This document shows positions 63,401-64,000 of a stretch of DNA of 64,000 nt, piece after piece. How positions within the stretch are numbered: position 1 is the first letter of the stretch; each line of letters begins with the position of its first letter. Both the position numbers and the translations under genes were made by a program. The notes below the pieces were generated by a model that made no database searches, was not told the origin of the DNA, and saw only the letters and a program-made list of their open reading frames with translations. Source of the stretch: Stylophora pistillata (Eukaryota); the NCBI RefSeq assembly GCF_002571385.2, contig NW_019217805.1, positions 1,137,285 through 1,201,284 on the forward strand. Reading direction: 5' to 3'.

Positions 63401-64000
63401 ATTAATCCAGGGATATAATCGAAGATGACATCCCTGCGTATGGCAGTTTATTTTTCAACTTAGATGCATTTAGTAATCAACTAAACAGGTGTGTCGTTTA
63501 TTTTCGACCCGCAATTCTGATATACAGCTTTAGCATTTCAGCCCTTAGGCACATACCGCAAAGTCATTTAGCAAACTGCTGAGCACATAGCTTGCTAGCA
63601 GACTACTTATTACACCATTAACTTCGTATAATTTCATATCAAATATGACTATATAACTATGACGTCACTAACTTCAACACCTGGAAGTCGATCTGCTGCA
63701 AATGCAGTAGGTCACGTGATCTTCTATTAGTTGGTAACTGCTGCTATTAGTACTTTCTATCGGCCGCATGAGGGATTTATTCCTATCGTTTTCGTTTTTT
63801 CTTTTATTATTTTATATACTTTTTTTATATACTTTTTTATATACTTTTTACACTGTCTATTGTTTACAAAGTTAGTATTTGTTTATTTCTCGTAAGGGCA
63901 CACTTGATTTGGAGCCTCGCTCTGGTTGGAGTCGTTTAAGGCGCCATGGCTCGGCCAAGGAGATTTAATCTCAACTCTGAAACAGGATGGTTTTTTANTT

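Larger units (their letters stand above)
59896..63997. repeat. 238-bp perfect inverted repeat pair (59896-60133 and 63760-63997) bracketing the first two exons of the second CNG gene
   Basis: Direct base comparison; the right copy ends at the N at 63998. Confidence 0.85.

Overview
Eukaryotic, intron-rich, AT-rich animal DNA from a gapped draft scaffold. The repeat families and gene structures suggest a cnidarian, probably a stony coral (inference). Four spliced protein-coding genes were reconstructed by hand from GT-AG sites and codon phase. (1) CEP164, minus strand, ATG at 16369, running off the left edge. (2) An RFX4-like transcription factor, plus strand, about 27106-37979. (3) A CNG channel alpha-type subunit, minus strand, about 48983-42139. 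(4) A second, divergently transcribed CNG-like subunit, plus strand, from 60696 off the right edge, with a highly atypical pore (TTVGTGKQVSP). Introns and intergenic DNA carry SINEs, a LINE 3' end and many MITE-like elements. The most striking non-coding signal is a mobile 250-bp pseudo-tRNA-Thr cassette. It occurs as two independent insertions, each with a 13-14 bp target-site duplication, divergent inverted arms and the same two termini. A degenerate hammerhead (Penelope-type) element in the window has the same architecture. An out-of-order CNG C-linker fragment, joined to a 238-bp inverted copy of intronic sequence, lies upstream of the second CNG gene. Several duplications abut N gaps and may be assembly artefacts.
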